From Eledone cirrhosa (Eukaryota), in contig OZ024745.1 in NCBI GenBank assembly GCA_964016885.1, positions 124,434,001-124,498,000 of the forward strand: DNA of 64,000 nucleotides, read 5' to 3'. Below, in pieces: positions 26,971 to 39,598 of the stretch. How positions within the stretch are numbered: position 1 is the first letter of the stretch; every line of letters begins with the position of its first letter. A program made the position numbers and the translations under genes. The notes under the pieces were generated by a model. The model was given only the letters and a program-made list of their open reading frames with translations, was not told the origin of the DNA and made no database searches.

Positions 26971-27933
26971 GAACATAGACATAGAATATTCGAAAATATT
27001 CTGTATGTTTATAATAAACATTTTGAAGACCTAATCGCTATAGAATAGAATACGTCACGTATCACAATTAGATTCTCGATAAAAGCAAGGGAAGTAATCT
27101 ACGCGTTTCATTCTCGTTAGAAATCATCAGGACTACATATCCAGTGCTTTTATCGAGAATGACACAGCCAGAGACTTATAGAATACTTAGCTGTGTACAG
27201 GAACTGGTTTGAAAGAGCGGTTGCCGGTCCGGCAGAAATTAGAAATTGGAATAAATGCTCTGAAATAGCGATATATATGTGAACATAGACATAGAATATT
27301 CGAAAATATTCTGTATGTTTATAATAAACATTTTGAAGACCTAATCGCTATAGAATAGAATACGTCACGTATCACAATTAGATTCTCGATAAAAGCAAGG
27401 GAAGTAATCTACGCGTTTCATTCTCGTTAGAAATCATCAGGACTACATATCCAGTGCTTTTATCGAGAATGACACAGCCAGAGACTTATAGAATACTTAG
27501 CTGTGTACAGGAACTGGTTTGAAAGAGCGGTTGCCGGTCCGGCAGAAATTAGAAATTGGAATAAATGCTCTGAAATAGCGATATATATGTGAACATAGAC
27601 ATAGAATATTCGAAAATATTCTGTATGTTTATAATAAACATTTTGAAGACCTAATCGCTATAGAATAGAATACGTCACGTATCACAATTAGATTCTCGAT
27701 AAAAGCAAGGGAAGTAATCTACGCGTTTCATTCTCGTTAGAAATCATCAGGACTACATATCCAGTGCTTTTATCGAGAATGACACAGCCAGAGACTTATA
27801 GAATACTTAGCTGTGTACAGGAACTGGTTTGAAAGAGCGGTTGCCGGTCCGGCAGAAATTAGAAATTGGAATAAATGCTCTGAAATAGCGATATATATGT
27901 GAACATAGACATAGAATATTCGAAAATATTCTG
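26971..27933 (-). mobile_element. Left arm of hammerhead tandem array (about 3.1 x 310 bp; retrozyme-like)
   Basis: gaacatagac recurs at 26971, 27281, 27591 and 27901; minus-strand hammerheads at 27094-27136, 27404-27446 and 27714-27756. Confidence 0.92.
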
Positions 27934-29166
27934 CCGGACCGGCAACCGCTCTTTCAAACCAGTTCCTGTACACAGCTAAGTATTCTATAAGTCTCTGGCT
28001 GTGTCATTCTCGATAAAAGCACTGGATATGTAGTCCTGATGATTTCTAACGAGAATGAAACGCGTAGATTACTTCCCTTGCTTTTATCGAGAATCTAATT
28101 GTGATACGTGACGTATTCTATTCTATAGCGATTAGGTCTTCAAAATGTTTATTATAAACATACAGAATATTTTCGAATATTCTATGTCTATGTTCACATA
28201 TATATCGCTATTTCAGAGCATTTATTCCAATTTCTAATTTCTGCCGGACCGGCAACCGCTCTTTCAAACCAGTTCCTGTACACAGCTAAGTATTCTATAA
28301 GTCTCTGGCTGTGTCATTCTCGATAAAAGCACTGGATATGTAGTCCTGATGATTTCTAACGAGAATGAAACGCGTAGATTACTTCCCTTGCTTTTATCGA
28401 GAATCTAATTGTGATACGTGACGTATTCTATTCTATAGCGATTAGGTCTTCAAAATGTTTATTATAAACATACAGAATATTTTCGAATATTCTATGTCTA
28501 TGTTCACATATATATCGCTATTTCAGAGCATTTATTCCAATTTCTAATTTCTGCCGGACCGGCAACCGCTCTTTCAAACCAGTTCCTGTACACAGCTAAG
28601 TATTCTATAAGTCTCTGGCTGTGTCATTCTCGATAAAAGCACTGGATATGTAGTCCTGATGATTTCTAACGAGAATGAAACGCGTAGATTACTTCCCTTG
28701 CTTTTATCGAGAATCTAATTGTGATACGTGACGTATTCTATTCTATAGCGATTAGGTCTTCAAAATGTTTATTATAAACATACAGAATATTTTCGAATAT
28801 TCTATGTCTATGTTCACATATATATCGCTATTTCAGAGCATTTATTCCAATTTCTAATTTCTGCCGGACCGGCAACCGCTCTTTCAAACCAGTTCCTGTA
28901 CACAGCTAAGTATTCTATAAGTCTCTGGCTGTGTCATTCTCGATAAAAGCACTGGATATGTAGTCCTGATGATTTCTAACGAGAATGAAACGCGTAGATT
29001 ACTTCCCTTGCTTTTATCGAGAATCTAATTGTGATACGTGACGTATTCTATTCTATAGCGATTAGGTCTTCAAAATGTTTATTATAAACATACAGAATAT
29101 TTTCGAATATTCTATGTCTATGTTCACATATATATCGCTATTTCAGAGCATTTATTCCAATTTCTA
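27929..29166 (+). mobile_element. Right arm of hammerhead tandem array (about 4 x 310 bp; retrozyme-like)
   Basis: ctgccggacc recurs at 27931, 28241, 28551 and 28861; reverse complement of the left-arm unit; ends in (TA)n. Confidence 0.92.
28030..28072 (+). ncRNA. Type I hammerhead ribozyme of the 310-bp unit (also 28340-28382, 28650-28692, 28960-29002)
   Basis: gtagtc-CTGATGA-t-ttct-aacg-agaa-t-GAAAC-GC-GTA-gattac. Stem I extends through an internal loop into the 16-bp helix attctcgataaaagca/tgcttttatcgagaat. Confidence 0.92.
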
Positions 29167-29193
29167 TATATATATATACATATATATATATAC

Positions 29194-29225
<32 letters not shown>

Positions 29226-30206
29226 GTATGAATGCCTATGAGATAGTTTAAACGTTTATACGTCCATAATAAATAAAGACCAACTTACTTGGAAGCCAAT
29301 CAAGGGAATAATGAATGAGGGATATCTCGTATGAGATAGATAGGGAGAGAGATAGGCAGATAGCATGGTGTTTACCATTATATATATATATGAAATGTGG
29401 AAAACTTAATGTAATTATGTTATCGCATACAATTTCTTATACCAGAATATCGACAAAACATTGACTAACAAACGCTGAACTAGAAACAAAAGTAACACAA
29501 ATATAAAAACAAAAGAGAATGGGGAATATTAACGATTCTTAAAGTCTAAAGATGAATATGGTGAACACGATAATATAAAGGTGGAAATAACTAAAGTATT
29601 AAAATCGATACATCTTTGTATGTAACAACAAAATTACAATTACTCTCCAGGGATGAACTAGGACGTTAAAGAAACGTAAATATGGCTATTAAGGACTTAA
29701 TGGAAATAGAAAGTGACATTATCAGCACGATATTAAAAGGATTAGTTACAAACGAAACTAAATATTTCTTAGATCTTTCATTCATAGCGGATACTAAAAC
29801 AACTCAGCCCTTTTCCAGCACACCAACTACTGGTCAACATCTGTCTTTGTTTCGAACACACTGTGTCTGGGATATATTGCCCAGTATGTCCTCCGCTTAT
29901 TTGCTACAAAGTAATTGGGTCAGATGAAGTTTAGTGTTTTGCTTTCAGCAAATAACACGCAGTTATAATGCAGTATAAATTGTTTTTTCAAGTTAGAGGG
30001 AGATATGCAATCTTCTTCAGGATCGACGGAGGTCTAACACATCAAGTCAGAGTGGTAGGGGTGTAGTCATGTTTGTGGTACTCAGGGCCTATGAGAATTA
30101 GTTCCAGCCAGTATTTTGTTCTGGGGCTCAAGAGCTAAGAAGGCCCCACAGCAACCCTGCAACATCCATTTTGAGAAAAATCTTTACGTATTTCGGCTCC
30201 AAAATA

Positions 30207-30418
30207 GGCGTGTGGCTGAGTGGTTAGAGAATTGGATTCGCAATCGTAAGGTTGTGAGTTCGATTCCTGGACCAGGCGATGCGTTATGTCCTTGAGCAAG
30301 ACACTTTATTTCACGTTGCTCCTTCTACCTGGAGTTGCGACCGATAGATAGTATTAGCAATTGGAAAGACCAACGGAAACATTGTTCCCTCGGTCCGATT
30401 TGACGAAAGTCGATCGTC
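30207..30418 (+). mobile_element. tRNA-derived CORE-SINE
   Basis: A box tggctgagtgg, B box gagttcgattcc, CORE motif tgtccttgagcaagacactt. Copies at 42625, 56630 and 62530. Confidence 0.85.
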
Positions 30419-30925
30419 TCCTTTTTTTAGGGGTCTTGTAGCGCCTTGCAAAATTTCTCTTGGAGGTACTGGTGATAACTGCCATAGTAGGGGTGAATGT
30501 GACGGTTGTAGTTGTTGTTGTTTAGCCCCAGGTCAACTCTGATCGAAGGCAGCAAATTGGCAGTGTTGTTAGGGCATCAAATTAAAAATACCTTGTGGTA
30601 TTTGTTTTCGGCTCGCTGCACTCTGTGTACATATCCCGCCGCTGTCAATTTTAACGCGGCCAATAAATAAAGTATCACTCCATCACTAGAGTTGGTTCTT
30701 CCTCAACCTCTCTTCCTTTCTCTGGAAGAACTCGTCAGTATTTCGACCTTGAGAAGGAAACGCTCTACAAAGCTTAACATGTCAAAAACACTCTGTGTAT
30801 CATGACGGCGCCCCTACGATTCCATCAATAGTCAAGGACTTTAACAACACTGATCGAGCAGATCTATGATCAAAAGTCTTCCAGACGTTGTGACAATCCA
30901 ATTTTCCCCTATGTGATGGAAACAA

Positions 30926-31385
30926 TTCTTCTTCTTCTTCTTCTTCTTCTTCTTCTTCTTCTTCTTCTTCTTCTTCTTCTTCTTCTTCTTCTTCTTCTTC
31001 TTCTTCTTCTTCTTCTTCGCCCACTTTTACTGGGAAGGTCATGGGGGCGGCAGAATCCTTAAACATCCATTCCAGCAGATACTGTAAGAAGTAACCGTCT
31101 CCAATTCATCCGGCTGGATCTCCAAGAGGGTTCAGACAAACTCATGGACATTATCCAACCACCATGCTCGGAGTTTACCTCCGGGCCTCCTGCCAGTTGA
31201 TTTTGCACATAAAATCTGTCTTGCGATTCTTGTCAGAGACATTCTAACCACATGTCCATAGTATTGAGTAACATTACTCAAAGAACCCTTCGGAAGAACC
31301 CCATTTTGGTCAGTTGTATTTGCGATCATATTCTTTCGGTCATTATCCAATATTCATAACCATAGGTAAGGTATGGCACGAATAT
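30926..31385 (-). mobile_element. 3' end of RTE-clade LINE with (GAA)n tail
   Basis: Minus ORF reads QYYGHVVRMSLTRIARQIL...GRRPGGKLRAWWLDNV; homologous to 48455-48900; (TTC)n at 30926-31018. Confidence 0.8.
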
Positions 31386-31909
31386 CGAATTGAGGTAGCG
31401 GCTTATGCTTTTATACTTACCCGCTTTCTTCTAAATACATTTAGTTCGAAATACATTTAGTTCGAAAGACTTTATACATAGTATTATGACATCTACTTTG
31501 AATGTCCTTATACTATAGTTGTTCTTATTAATATTTAGCTCCAGGTCAACACTGATTGTGTTGATCTATGTATTCTAGCTTAGCTATCCCTTTTATGATT
31601 CAAAAAGTATATATCTCTTGGCTATCTAACAACTTTTTCCATAGAATTTACAGGACGTTCGGCTGCTATTTCTAGTATTCGAGCGACGACGCGCAGAACT
31701 CCCTCGTTGTGTTTTTTTTTTTTTGTATGTGTGTTGGAAAAAGGAAGAGATGGAGTGAAAGTAATTAATATTGTGTCTGTACGTCTAGCAATCCCGATTT
31801 GAGGATTAGTTGAGCGATTCCCACAACTGATCTGCATGTTAGTGAATAATACGGAAAAGATATGGCTTTCTCGGCTTTATATGCACATATCACATTATTC
31901 AAAGTTAAT

Positions 31910-32098
31910 ATAATTGTTTCTACTTTTGGCACAAGGTCAGCAAATATCCCAGTGTATTACTGATACTTTATTTTATCGACCCCGTAAGGATGAAAAGCAA
32001 AGTTAACCTCGACGGGATTTGAACTCAGAATGGCAAGAGCCGTAACTCAATGCCCGAAAGCCTGGCGTCCGACCCTCTACCGACACTGCCAATCCAGT
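31910..32098 (-). mobile_element. Meta-domain SINE
   Basis: Full-length family match. Confidence 0.85.
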
Positions 32099-32401
32099 CC
32101 TATTGCTAATCCAGTAGCTTTGAATAAGGTCAGTCAGGCTGACTTACCATAATATACGAAAATATATTGTTCATCGGGGACCAGAGGATCCGGAGTGAAA
32201 TGGGACATCTACAACATTAATCCCTCTACGTCTGAATATTTTAGGTCAATGTCTTTGATGATAAGTCGGTGGTATACAAAATATTATTGGATACATTCCT
32301 TCATCTTGCAGTAAACTATATAATTGGATGTAAGATCAAAGAATAGAAATGAAATTCCATACATTGAATATAGAAATTATATTTCTAACTCTTCACATAA
32401 T

Positions 32402-32612
32402 GGTTTCTTATATAGGCACAAGGCCAGCAATTTTTTTTGGGGGGGAAAGTCGATTAAATCGACCCCAGTGCGTGACTGGCATTTTATTGACCCCGTATGG
32501 ATGAAAGGCAAAGTTAACCTCGGCGGGATTTGAACTCAGATCCAAAAGGCCGTAACTCTATGCTGCAAAGCATGGCGTCCGACGCTCTACCGATACTGCC
32601 AATCCATCGCCC
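32402..32612 (-). mobile_element. Meta-domain SINE with 19-bp target-site duplication
   Basis: ttctaactcttcacataat at 32383-32401 and 32613-32631. Confidence 0.9.
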
Positions 32613-32709
32613 TTCTAACTCTTCACATAATACAATATACAGTTTATTCCATTCGACTTTTACTAAATAAATCCAAAGGGGAACTAGAAAGACAATATAT
32701 ACATCTAAA

Positions 32710-32874
32710 CGTCCACGAAAAATTCCCAGTTGGATAATTGCTGGGCGGAAGATTGCCAGGCTGAAAATTGCCTGTGGGGAAAATTGCCATTGAGAAAATT
32801 GTCAGTGAGGAATATTGCCAGTGCTTTAGGTTTTACTTAAGATTTTGAATCTATTTATCTGACAGTGCCTTGGA

Positions 32875-32911
<37 letters not shown>

Positions 32912-33152
32912 AGTGTGTTTCGGTGTGTGTGTGTCAGTGTGTGTGTGTGTGTGTATGTATGTTTCGGTGTGTGTGTCAGTGTGTGTGTGTCTGTGTGTTT
33001 CGGTGTGTGTGTCAGTGTGTGTGTGTGTGTGTGTGTGTGTGTCTTTTAATTTGTCAATGGCAATATTCTGCACTGGCAATTGTCTCAATGACAATTTTCC
33101 CCCTGGCAAACTTCCGGCTGGCAATATTCCAACTGGGAGTTTTCCTAGAACC
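32710..33152. mobile_element. Mutator/foldback-type MITE
   Basis: Long inverted arms built of ~15-bp gaaaattgcc subrepeats, internal (GT)n-rich tract, 9-bp TSD acatctaaa (32701-32709, 33153-33161). Confidence 0.75.
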
Positions 33153-33164
33153 ACATCTAAATGT

Positions 33165-33445
33165 TAAAGTCTCTCTCAAGCCCAGAGATTGGTTAGACCG
33201 GGGCTTATCCCGCTTTCATTAGCGTGAAGCGACAAATATTAAAAGACTCTCCATAGACAGGACGCCAGTCCATAGCAGAATTAATTCCCCAACTACTGCT
33301 GGTATCCATTTTCTCCAGAGTATACTGGTGTAGCATGAAATGAAGTGTTTTGTTCAAGAACACAACACACAACCTGGTTCAGGAATCGAACCCATGATAT
33401 TACGATCGTACGTCCAAAGCTCCTAACAACTAAGCAACATGCTTC
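33165..33445 (-). mobile_element. Older CORE-SINE of a different subfamily
   Basis: Reverse-strand B box (ggaatcgaaccc) and CORE (aagtgttttgttcaagaacacaac), with a distinct 3' tail. Confidence 0.7.
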
Positions 33446-33949
33446 AGCCACACACACTCACACACATATGTAAATATGCATGTGTGTATGAGTGTATGTA
33501 TGTTTATCTTTATATATTTATAAACACACACATTTGTATATAATAAATCTGTACATTTATGAACATATACACACATACATAACTACGTAGATATATACAC
33601 ATACGCGCAAGAGTATACACATGTACTCGAGTTGGTACACATATGTGCTTAAATGCTGCATTCAACTACGAATGCACATAAGCAAACATGGATTCATTTA
33701 AAAAATAAAAACAAGGTGTAAAGAGCACTTAAAACACATGCACATAAAAACATATAAATTATTGTAAAAATCAGAAGAAATTATAGAGAAAAGTGTAAAA
33801 TATTATAGGGCAAAAGTGGGAAAAATCATTATAGATAAATGTATGAGAACTATAAGGGGAAGGGAGAGAATGAACAGGAAAGGGGAGGAAGGGAAGAGAA
33901 GAAAGGGTCAATAAAGAGGAAATGAGAGTAAGTCAAAATACAGCTAAAA

Positions 33950-33975
33950 TAAGAGAGAGAGATGAAGAGTGAGCG

Positions 33976-34028
<53 letters not shown>

Positions 34029-34399
34029 GAGAGGGAGCGAATGAGAGAGAGGGAAGGCGAGGGAAGGGGAGAGAGATGAAGAGTGAGCGAGAGAGAGAGA
34101 GACAAAGAGAGAGAGAGATGAAGAGTGAGCGAATGAGAGAGAGACATAGAGAGAAAGAAAGACAGAGAGAGATAGATAGATAGATAGAGAGAGAGAAACA
34201 GTGAACGAAAGAGAGTGAGAGAGACAGTGAGGGAGAGGGAGCGAATGAGAGAGAGAGAGAGACACAGAGAGAAAGAAAGACATATATTTATATATATATA
34301 TATAGAGAGAGAGAGAGTGGGAGAGAGATGAAGAGTGAGCGAATGAGAGAGAGATATATAGAGAAAGAGAGGGAGAGTGAGATAGATTGAGCGAGACAA

Positions 34400-34468
<69 letters not shown>

Positions 34469-34470
34469 AT
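33950..34470. repeat. Complex (GA)-rich repeat with recurring gagatgaagagtgagcgaatga module
   Basis: Module seen at about 33960, 34075, 34117 and 34327. Confidence 0.85.
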
Positions 34471-34672
34471 ATTTGTAAGTACGAATATTGCTGCGAAAGA
34501 AGATAAGAAAACGATAAAGTTAAGATAGAAAAAAGTTAAGGGTAGACTTCCATACAACTTGGTGTAAAGCGTGATTAAGCATCGTTATGGATGCAACTCA
34601 TATATAATACACACCATAAAAAAAAATTTGTGCCTGTTCAATATTGCAGTCATATGCATATACACAAATTGT

Positions 34673-34805
<133 letters not shown>

Positions 34806-35935
34806 GTGTGTGTATGTTTATGAACATATACAGGCATACATAGTGCAGTTTAAAGGATGCGGCTGTGATTCAAACATACATGAATATATATTTATATGAA
34901 TATATATAGTTGTTATATAGTAAGGTGTATTATTGGTTGTGTCATACTGTCCAATAAACTTTTGTTAGCAATATTAAGTTCTCCACGCTTTTGTATATCT
35001 CCAATTCCATTTATGGGAACAGCTAGATGATGTAAAACGGAGTATTTGTATCAAAATAAAGATCCGAAGCCATGGTATAAATTTCCAATCATTTTAATCA
35101 CGACACATAAGAGATAGATCGATCGGGCGGCCATGATCGAATATCACTGATCTCGTCAGGTGAAAATGAATTGTCTTCAAATCCTTGATATGAGGGAGAA
35201 AATTTAACGATGTTCACTCACTAGAGTTTTGTGCCCCATATGAAGATTAAGCAGCCAAAACACGCCGACTGCTATCGTCCTCGGTTAGGGTCATAAAACT
35301 ATCAAGTCTCTATCTCTCAATAGCTGTAAAAGACTCTGGACGGGTCCAATCTCGACATCAAATCTTTAGAATTACAGTCGGTCACAGTTAGTGTGAGTGA
35401 GTACACACACACTCACACACACCGACGCGAGGTCGAAGAAAAAAAAATATATACAAACCAACATAGTATTGGGTCAACCGCAACCCTATACACACGCAAG
35501 TAAATTCAGTTCAATGCTATACGTGTATCGATTGAATTGTAAATAGTGTATGTTTTGCTATATACACATCCATGTGAAGAGCAAGTAGTCCGCTCATATC
35601 CAACTCTGTATGTGTCGTTGTCCCATTGAGAATCTGAGCCCCCAAATCTGTGCGTGCAAGCAACCACCGTGTAAGCCACCAAGGGGCTCTGTGTAGGGTT
35701 GGGTATTTGAGTTAAGGTGTCAGTATGTGCGTTTTCTCGTCAAATGGGCCCTTGGGCTTTTAAGATAGGTGTTTGAGTGGTGGAGGTGTGTTACCCAACA
35801 AAAATAAAATAAAATAAAATAAAATAAAATAAAATAAAATAAAATAAAATGAAATAAAATAAAATAGAAATAAAATAAAAAAGAATAGCAAAACCCCGAG
35901 GATGTGTGTAAGGCCATTAATGGTGTGTAAGTAAT

Positions 35936-36123
35936 TGTTTCTACTTTAGGCACAAGGCCAACAATTACCCAGTGCATTACTGGTACTTTATTTTATCGAT
36001 CCCGTAAGGATGAAAGGCAAAGTTAACCTTGGCGAGATTTGAACTCAGATCGTAAAGGCCCGTAACTCCATGCTGCAAAGCATGGCGTCGAACCCTCTAC
36101 CGATACTGCAAATCCACCGCCCT
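35936..36123 (-). mobile_element. Meta-domain SINE with 15-bp TSD
   Basis: tggtgtgtaagtaat at 35921-35935 and 36124-36138. Confidence 0.9.
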
Positions 36124-36252
36124 TGGTGTGTAAGTAATATTGTCCAATCAGTAACCGTGAGCAATCCATGGTTAGATGATCACGAATCAAAACCTAGTGT
36201 AGTGTTCATTTGATAGGATCGTGACCAGTCATAACTGTGGGAACTCCGTGTC

Positions 36253-36455
36253 TAAAGAAACCGGGTACTGTGTGTAGAGTCATGTATAAAGAGCGTAATC
36301 GGTCTTAACTAGTGAGTAATACGTCTAACTATTACTTTAGAATACCCTGACCATTGAGTTCTCTCGGTTAGTAAATAGTTAGACGTATTACACACTCAGT
36401 TAAGACCGATTACGCTCTTTATACATGACTCTACACACAGTACCCGGTTTCTTTA
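36253..36455. repeat. Near-perfect ~80-bp inverted duplication
   Basis: 36253-36333 is the reverse complement of 36374-36455. Confidence 0.9.
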
Positions 36456-36539
36456 ATAATTTATATATGCCTGTATATATATACACACATATATAAATTA
36501 TTAATTGAGATATATGACACATCCATTTAAGAGCACGCA

Positions 36540-36577
<38 letters not shown>

Positions 36578-36579
36578 AT

Positions 36580-36661
<82 letters not shown>

Positions 36662-36691
36662 TTATATATATATATATATGTATATATATAT

Positions 36692-37297
36692 GTCAGGTCA
36701 CCAGTGGATGCTACTGGTAACACGTATCCCAGTTCAACCTGTCTCATGGTCGGGTCGTTGGCGACTAAACTGGCAACCCACCAAGGTTTCTTGGTGAGGA
36801 GGGTGACTTTGGACATCCTGCAGGACTAAAAACAAAACCTGTCAAAGTACAAAGGTGCTCTTAAGAGTCAATGGCCATCCAAAATCACTGGGAGAGATGA
36901 CCCCTTAGCCTTTTTCAAGGCAGAATTCTAGGAGAAGGAAAACGCTGATATAACACCTGCAACCCTGATGGTATCCAATGATGTTGACTTGTTCTTCTTT
37001 TTGGTAAATATCATCTTGGTTAAGAGAGTGGGAGTGGCTTTGTGCAGTGCCTTTGCTCACTATAAAAGCTTCACGGCACAGGCATTGCTTTATATCTGGA
37101 GATCTCTCTGCACTTGTCATCACATGGTACCATGGGCCCAGTACTATGTGTCAATAGTTGTCACAAGTGTAGTGTTTGTACCAGAGTTTTCAAGTCGCTG
37201 GCTCTGACTAAAAAGTCACACTTGTTCAGCGCATCGGTAGGGGTTCTCCTACATGGATATAAAGTAGTGGCCGTACTCGAAAACGAGTTGGCAGCCA

Positions 37298-37300
<3 letters not shown>
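36692..37300 (+). mobile_element. Non-autonomous RTE-derived element inside (TA)n
   Basis: Second copy of 13967-14583; TA tracts on both sides. Confidence 0.8.
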
Positions 37301-37343
<43 letters not shown>

Positions 37344-37588
37344 TAATGATCAACGTTGTAAGACCTAAACCAAACAATGATTACGATGTGCAAGAATTAC
37401 GATGTCCACTGACCTAGGCATGTGACATTAATTCGACCTTGCACATAAGAAATAACACATCAAGCACTGAGCAAAAAAGCAATATATTGGTCTGATAGAA
37501 AAGAAGTATAATTAAATACAACAATCACGTTTCATCTTTGAGGCACCCAGAAATTTGTTCATCTACCACGTAGACAAATCATATAGGG

Positions 37589-37939
37589 CAGATGTTCTCA
37601 AACTTTTTAGGCCACTGCACCCCTCACGCCCACGTAATACTCTCATTGCCTTACCTCTATTTCCAGAGAGACCTGCTTACACGCAAATTGTAAATAATAA
37701 ATAATAAATGGAATAATTAATTTATATATAATAATTTATATAATATATACTATGTATAAATAAATATTATATATATTTTTATTTTACTATATTTATATAT
37801 ATATGTATCATTTGATATTCAATATATAATTATATCATCTCTACTACTTCCCCTAATCCCTTAGGCCCCAGCACCCCCTCGACCTTCTCAGCACCCTCGC
37901 CGGGGGGCGAGAGGGTCGCGCCCACTTTGAGAAATTCTT
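37589..37939. mobile_element. hAT (Charlie-like) MITE
   Basis: Termini cagatgttctcaaact / actttgagaaattctt; 8-bp TSD atataggg (37581-37588, 37940-37947). Confidence 0.8.
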
Positions 37940-38090
37940 ATATAGGGCAAACGGGTATATTAAGCCCCAGGGGGTATTAAGCTCTACCACACTACAAATG
38001 AATTATATTATATTTATAATGCATTTGTAGTGTGGTGAAGGTTAATGCCCCCTTGGATTTAGTACCCCCGTTTGTCCTATGGGTTTTGAT
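37940..38090. mobile_element. Palindromic (hairpin) MITE-like element interrupted at its left end by the hAT MITE
   Basis: tagggcaaacggg...accacactacaaatg pairs with catttgtagtgtggt...cccgtttgtccta. Confidence 0.7.
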
Positions 38091-38849
38091 AGACAACGGT
38101 ATATTGTAACAATATAACATGTAGCATACCTGAAAAGGCAATGTCATACAGCAATGGATCTAGAGGTACGAGCTTTTCACCATGTGTAGATATAAATATG
38201 TATGGATATGTGTGTATATGATTATGTGCATATGTGTAAATGTGTATTTAGGTTTGCGTATGTATATTTTTGGTTGGATATCAATATAACTGTACCTCTC
38301 TCTATATATAGTGTGGATATATGCACTTTGTAGTTTATGCAATTTATGTGTTTTAACTATGCCAACATGTATTTATCTGAGTTTGATTATTTATGCATAA
38401 ACATACTTGATAGTATTTTAGAGCGTATCATATGCTATATTGTACTATATAACGTACTATATTGTGTTGGTTAAGTTGTATATTATCGCATTACTGTATT
38501 TCATTATCTTATTATAATTTTCATCTTTTAATATACTATCTTTCCTAGCCATAACCTTAATTTATATTCACCTACAAACTCAATACAACACTAATGACCA
38601 TTTATTTTGACATTCTTTTTAACTTCACTATACCAGATACATTCAACAGTTTGACATTCCCTTTCCTCCTAATAGATGTTTATGCAAATTCTACTATTAA
38701 CACCATTCAGCCATTCCTTTCAAAGGGTCATGACCTCAACTAAAGTGTATTACTTTTCATCTTAACACCATATGAAAAAAACAATTTGATTCGTTAGTTC
38801 TTCAACAACCTCCAAATAAGGGCATGATACTAACATACTACTAATTCTG

Positions 38850-39140
38850 AATAAAATTATTTTTGCTTCTGAAAACAGCTGGTGATATGCATGTAAGTAA
38901 ATATTCACTTTATCTGATATTTTGTAACAAACCTTACATAGATCAATAACGGAGTATAGCTACAATATATTATTATCATCTATAAACGATCGTAAAGCAT
39001 GAAGTATATCTCTAATGACTTGATTTTTTATTTCATTGTTTTAACTTATATCATGACTCTGTTTTCCTTTTAATGTTTTATTGTTTTCCGAGATTTATCT
39101 TAACCTACAACATTTTCAACATATGGATTACATCGAGTTC
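38850..39140 (+). mobile_element. Possible highly decayed PLE GIY-YIG remnant
   Basis: Only short motifs survive: CNKPYIDQ (cf. C.K.YIGQT) and STYGLH (cf. P.GLN). Confidence 0.25.
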
Positions 39141-39451
39141 TTCATGCGGAATAGACCCCACAACTTACTGTGGATACTTCTGTGTGTGTTGATGATTTAT
39201 AAGTGCCCACCTAAATATATTCTTACATGAATATATATTAGGCTTCTACATAAACTGGAAACATTCTCCCAAACTTGTAGAAAACTTATAATGAAACAAT
39301 TGTTTGGAAAGAGAGATATACTTTAACTTTAATACATATTGTTAGCACCCCAAACACTTAAATTGGGTTTATATTTTAATATAACCTAATGTTTGTTGAG
39401 TGAGATGGTTACCAGTCAGAGTTTAGCTTTAAACTATCTCTGTTATTGTAT

Positions 39452-39598
<147 letters not shown>

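Noticed and set aside
26971-29166. CRISPR array or protein-coding repeat (ORF 27770-27973)
   Set aside because: Units are identical along their full 310 bp with no variable spacers and no cas genes. The ORF exists only because it crosses the inversion junction.
30207-30275. tRNA genes at SINE heads
   Set aside because: A and B boxes run straight into CORE or Meta domains, with no proper acceptor stem or terminator; these are SINEs.
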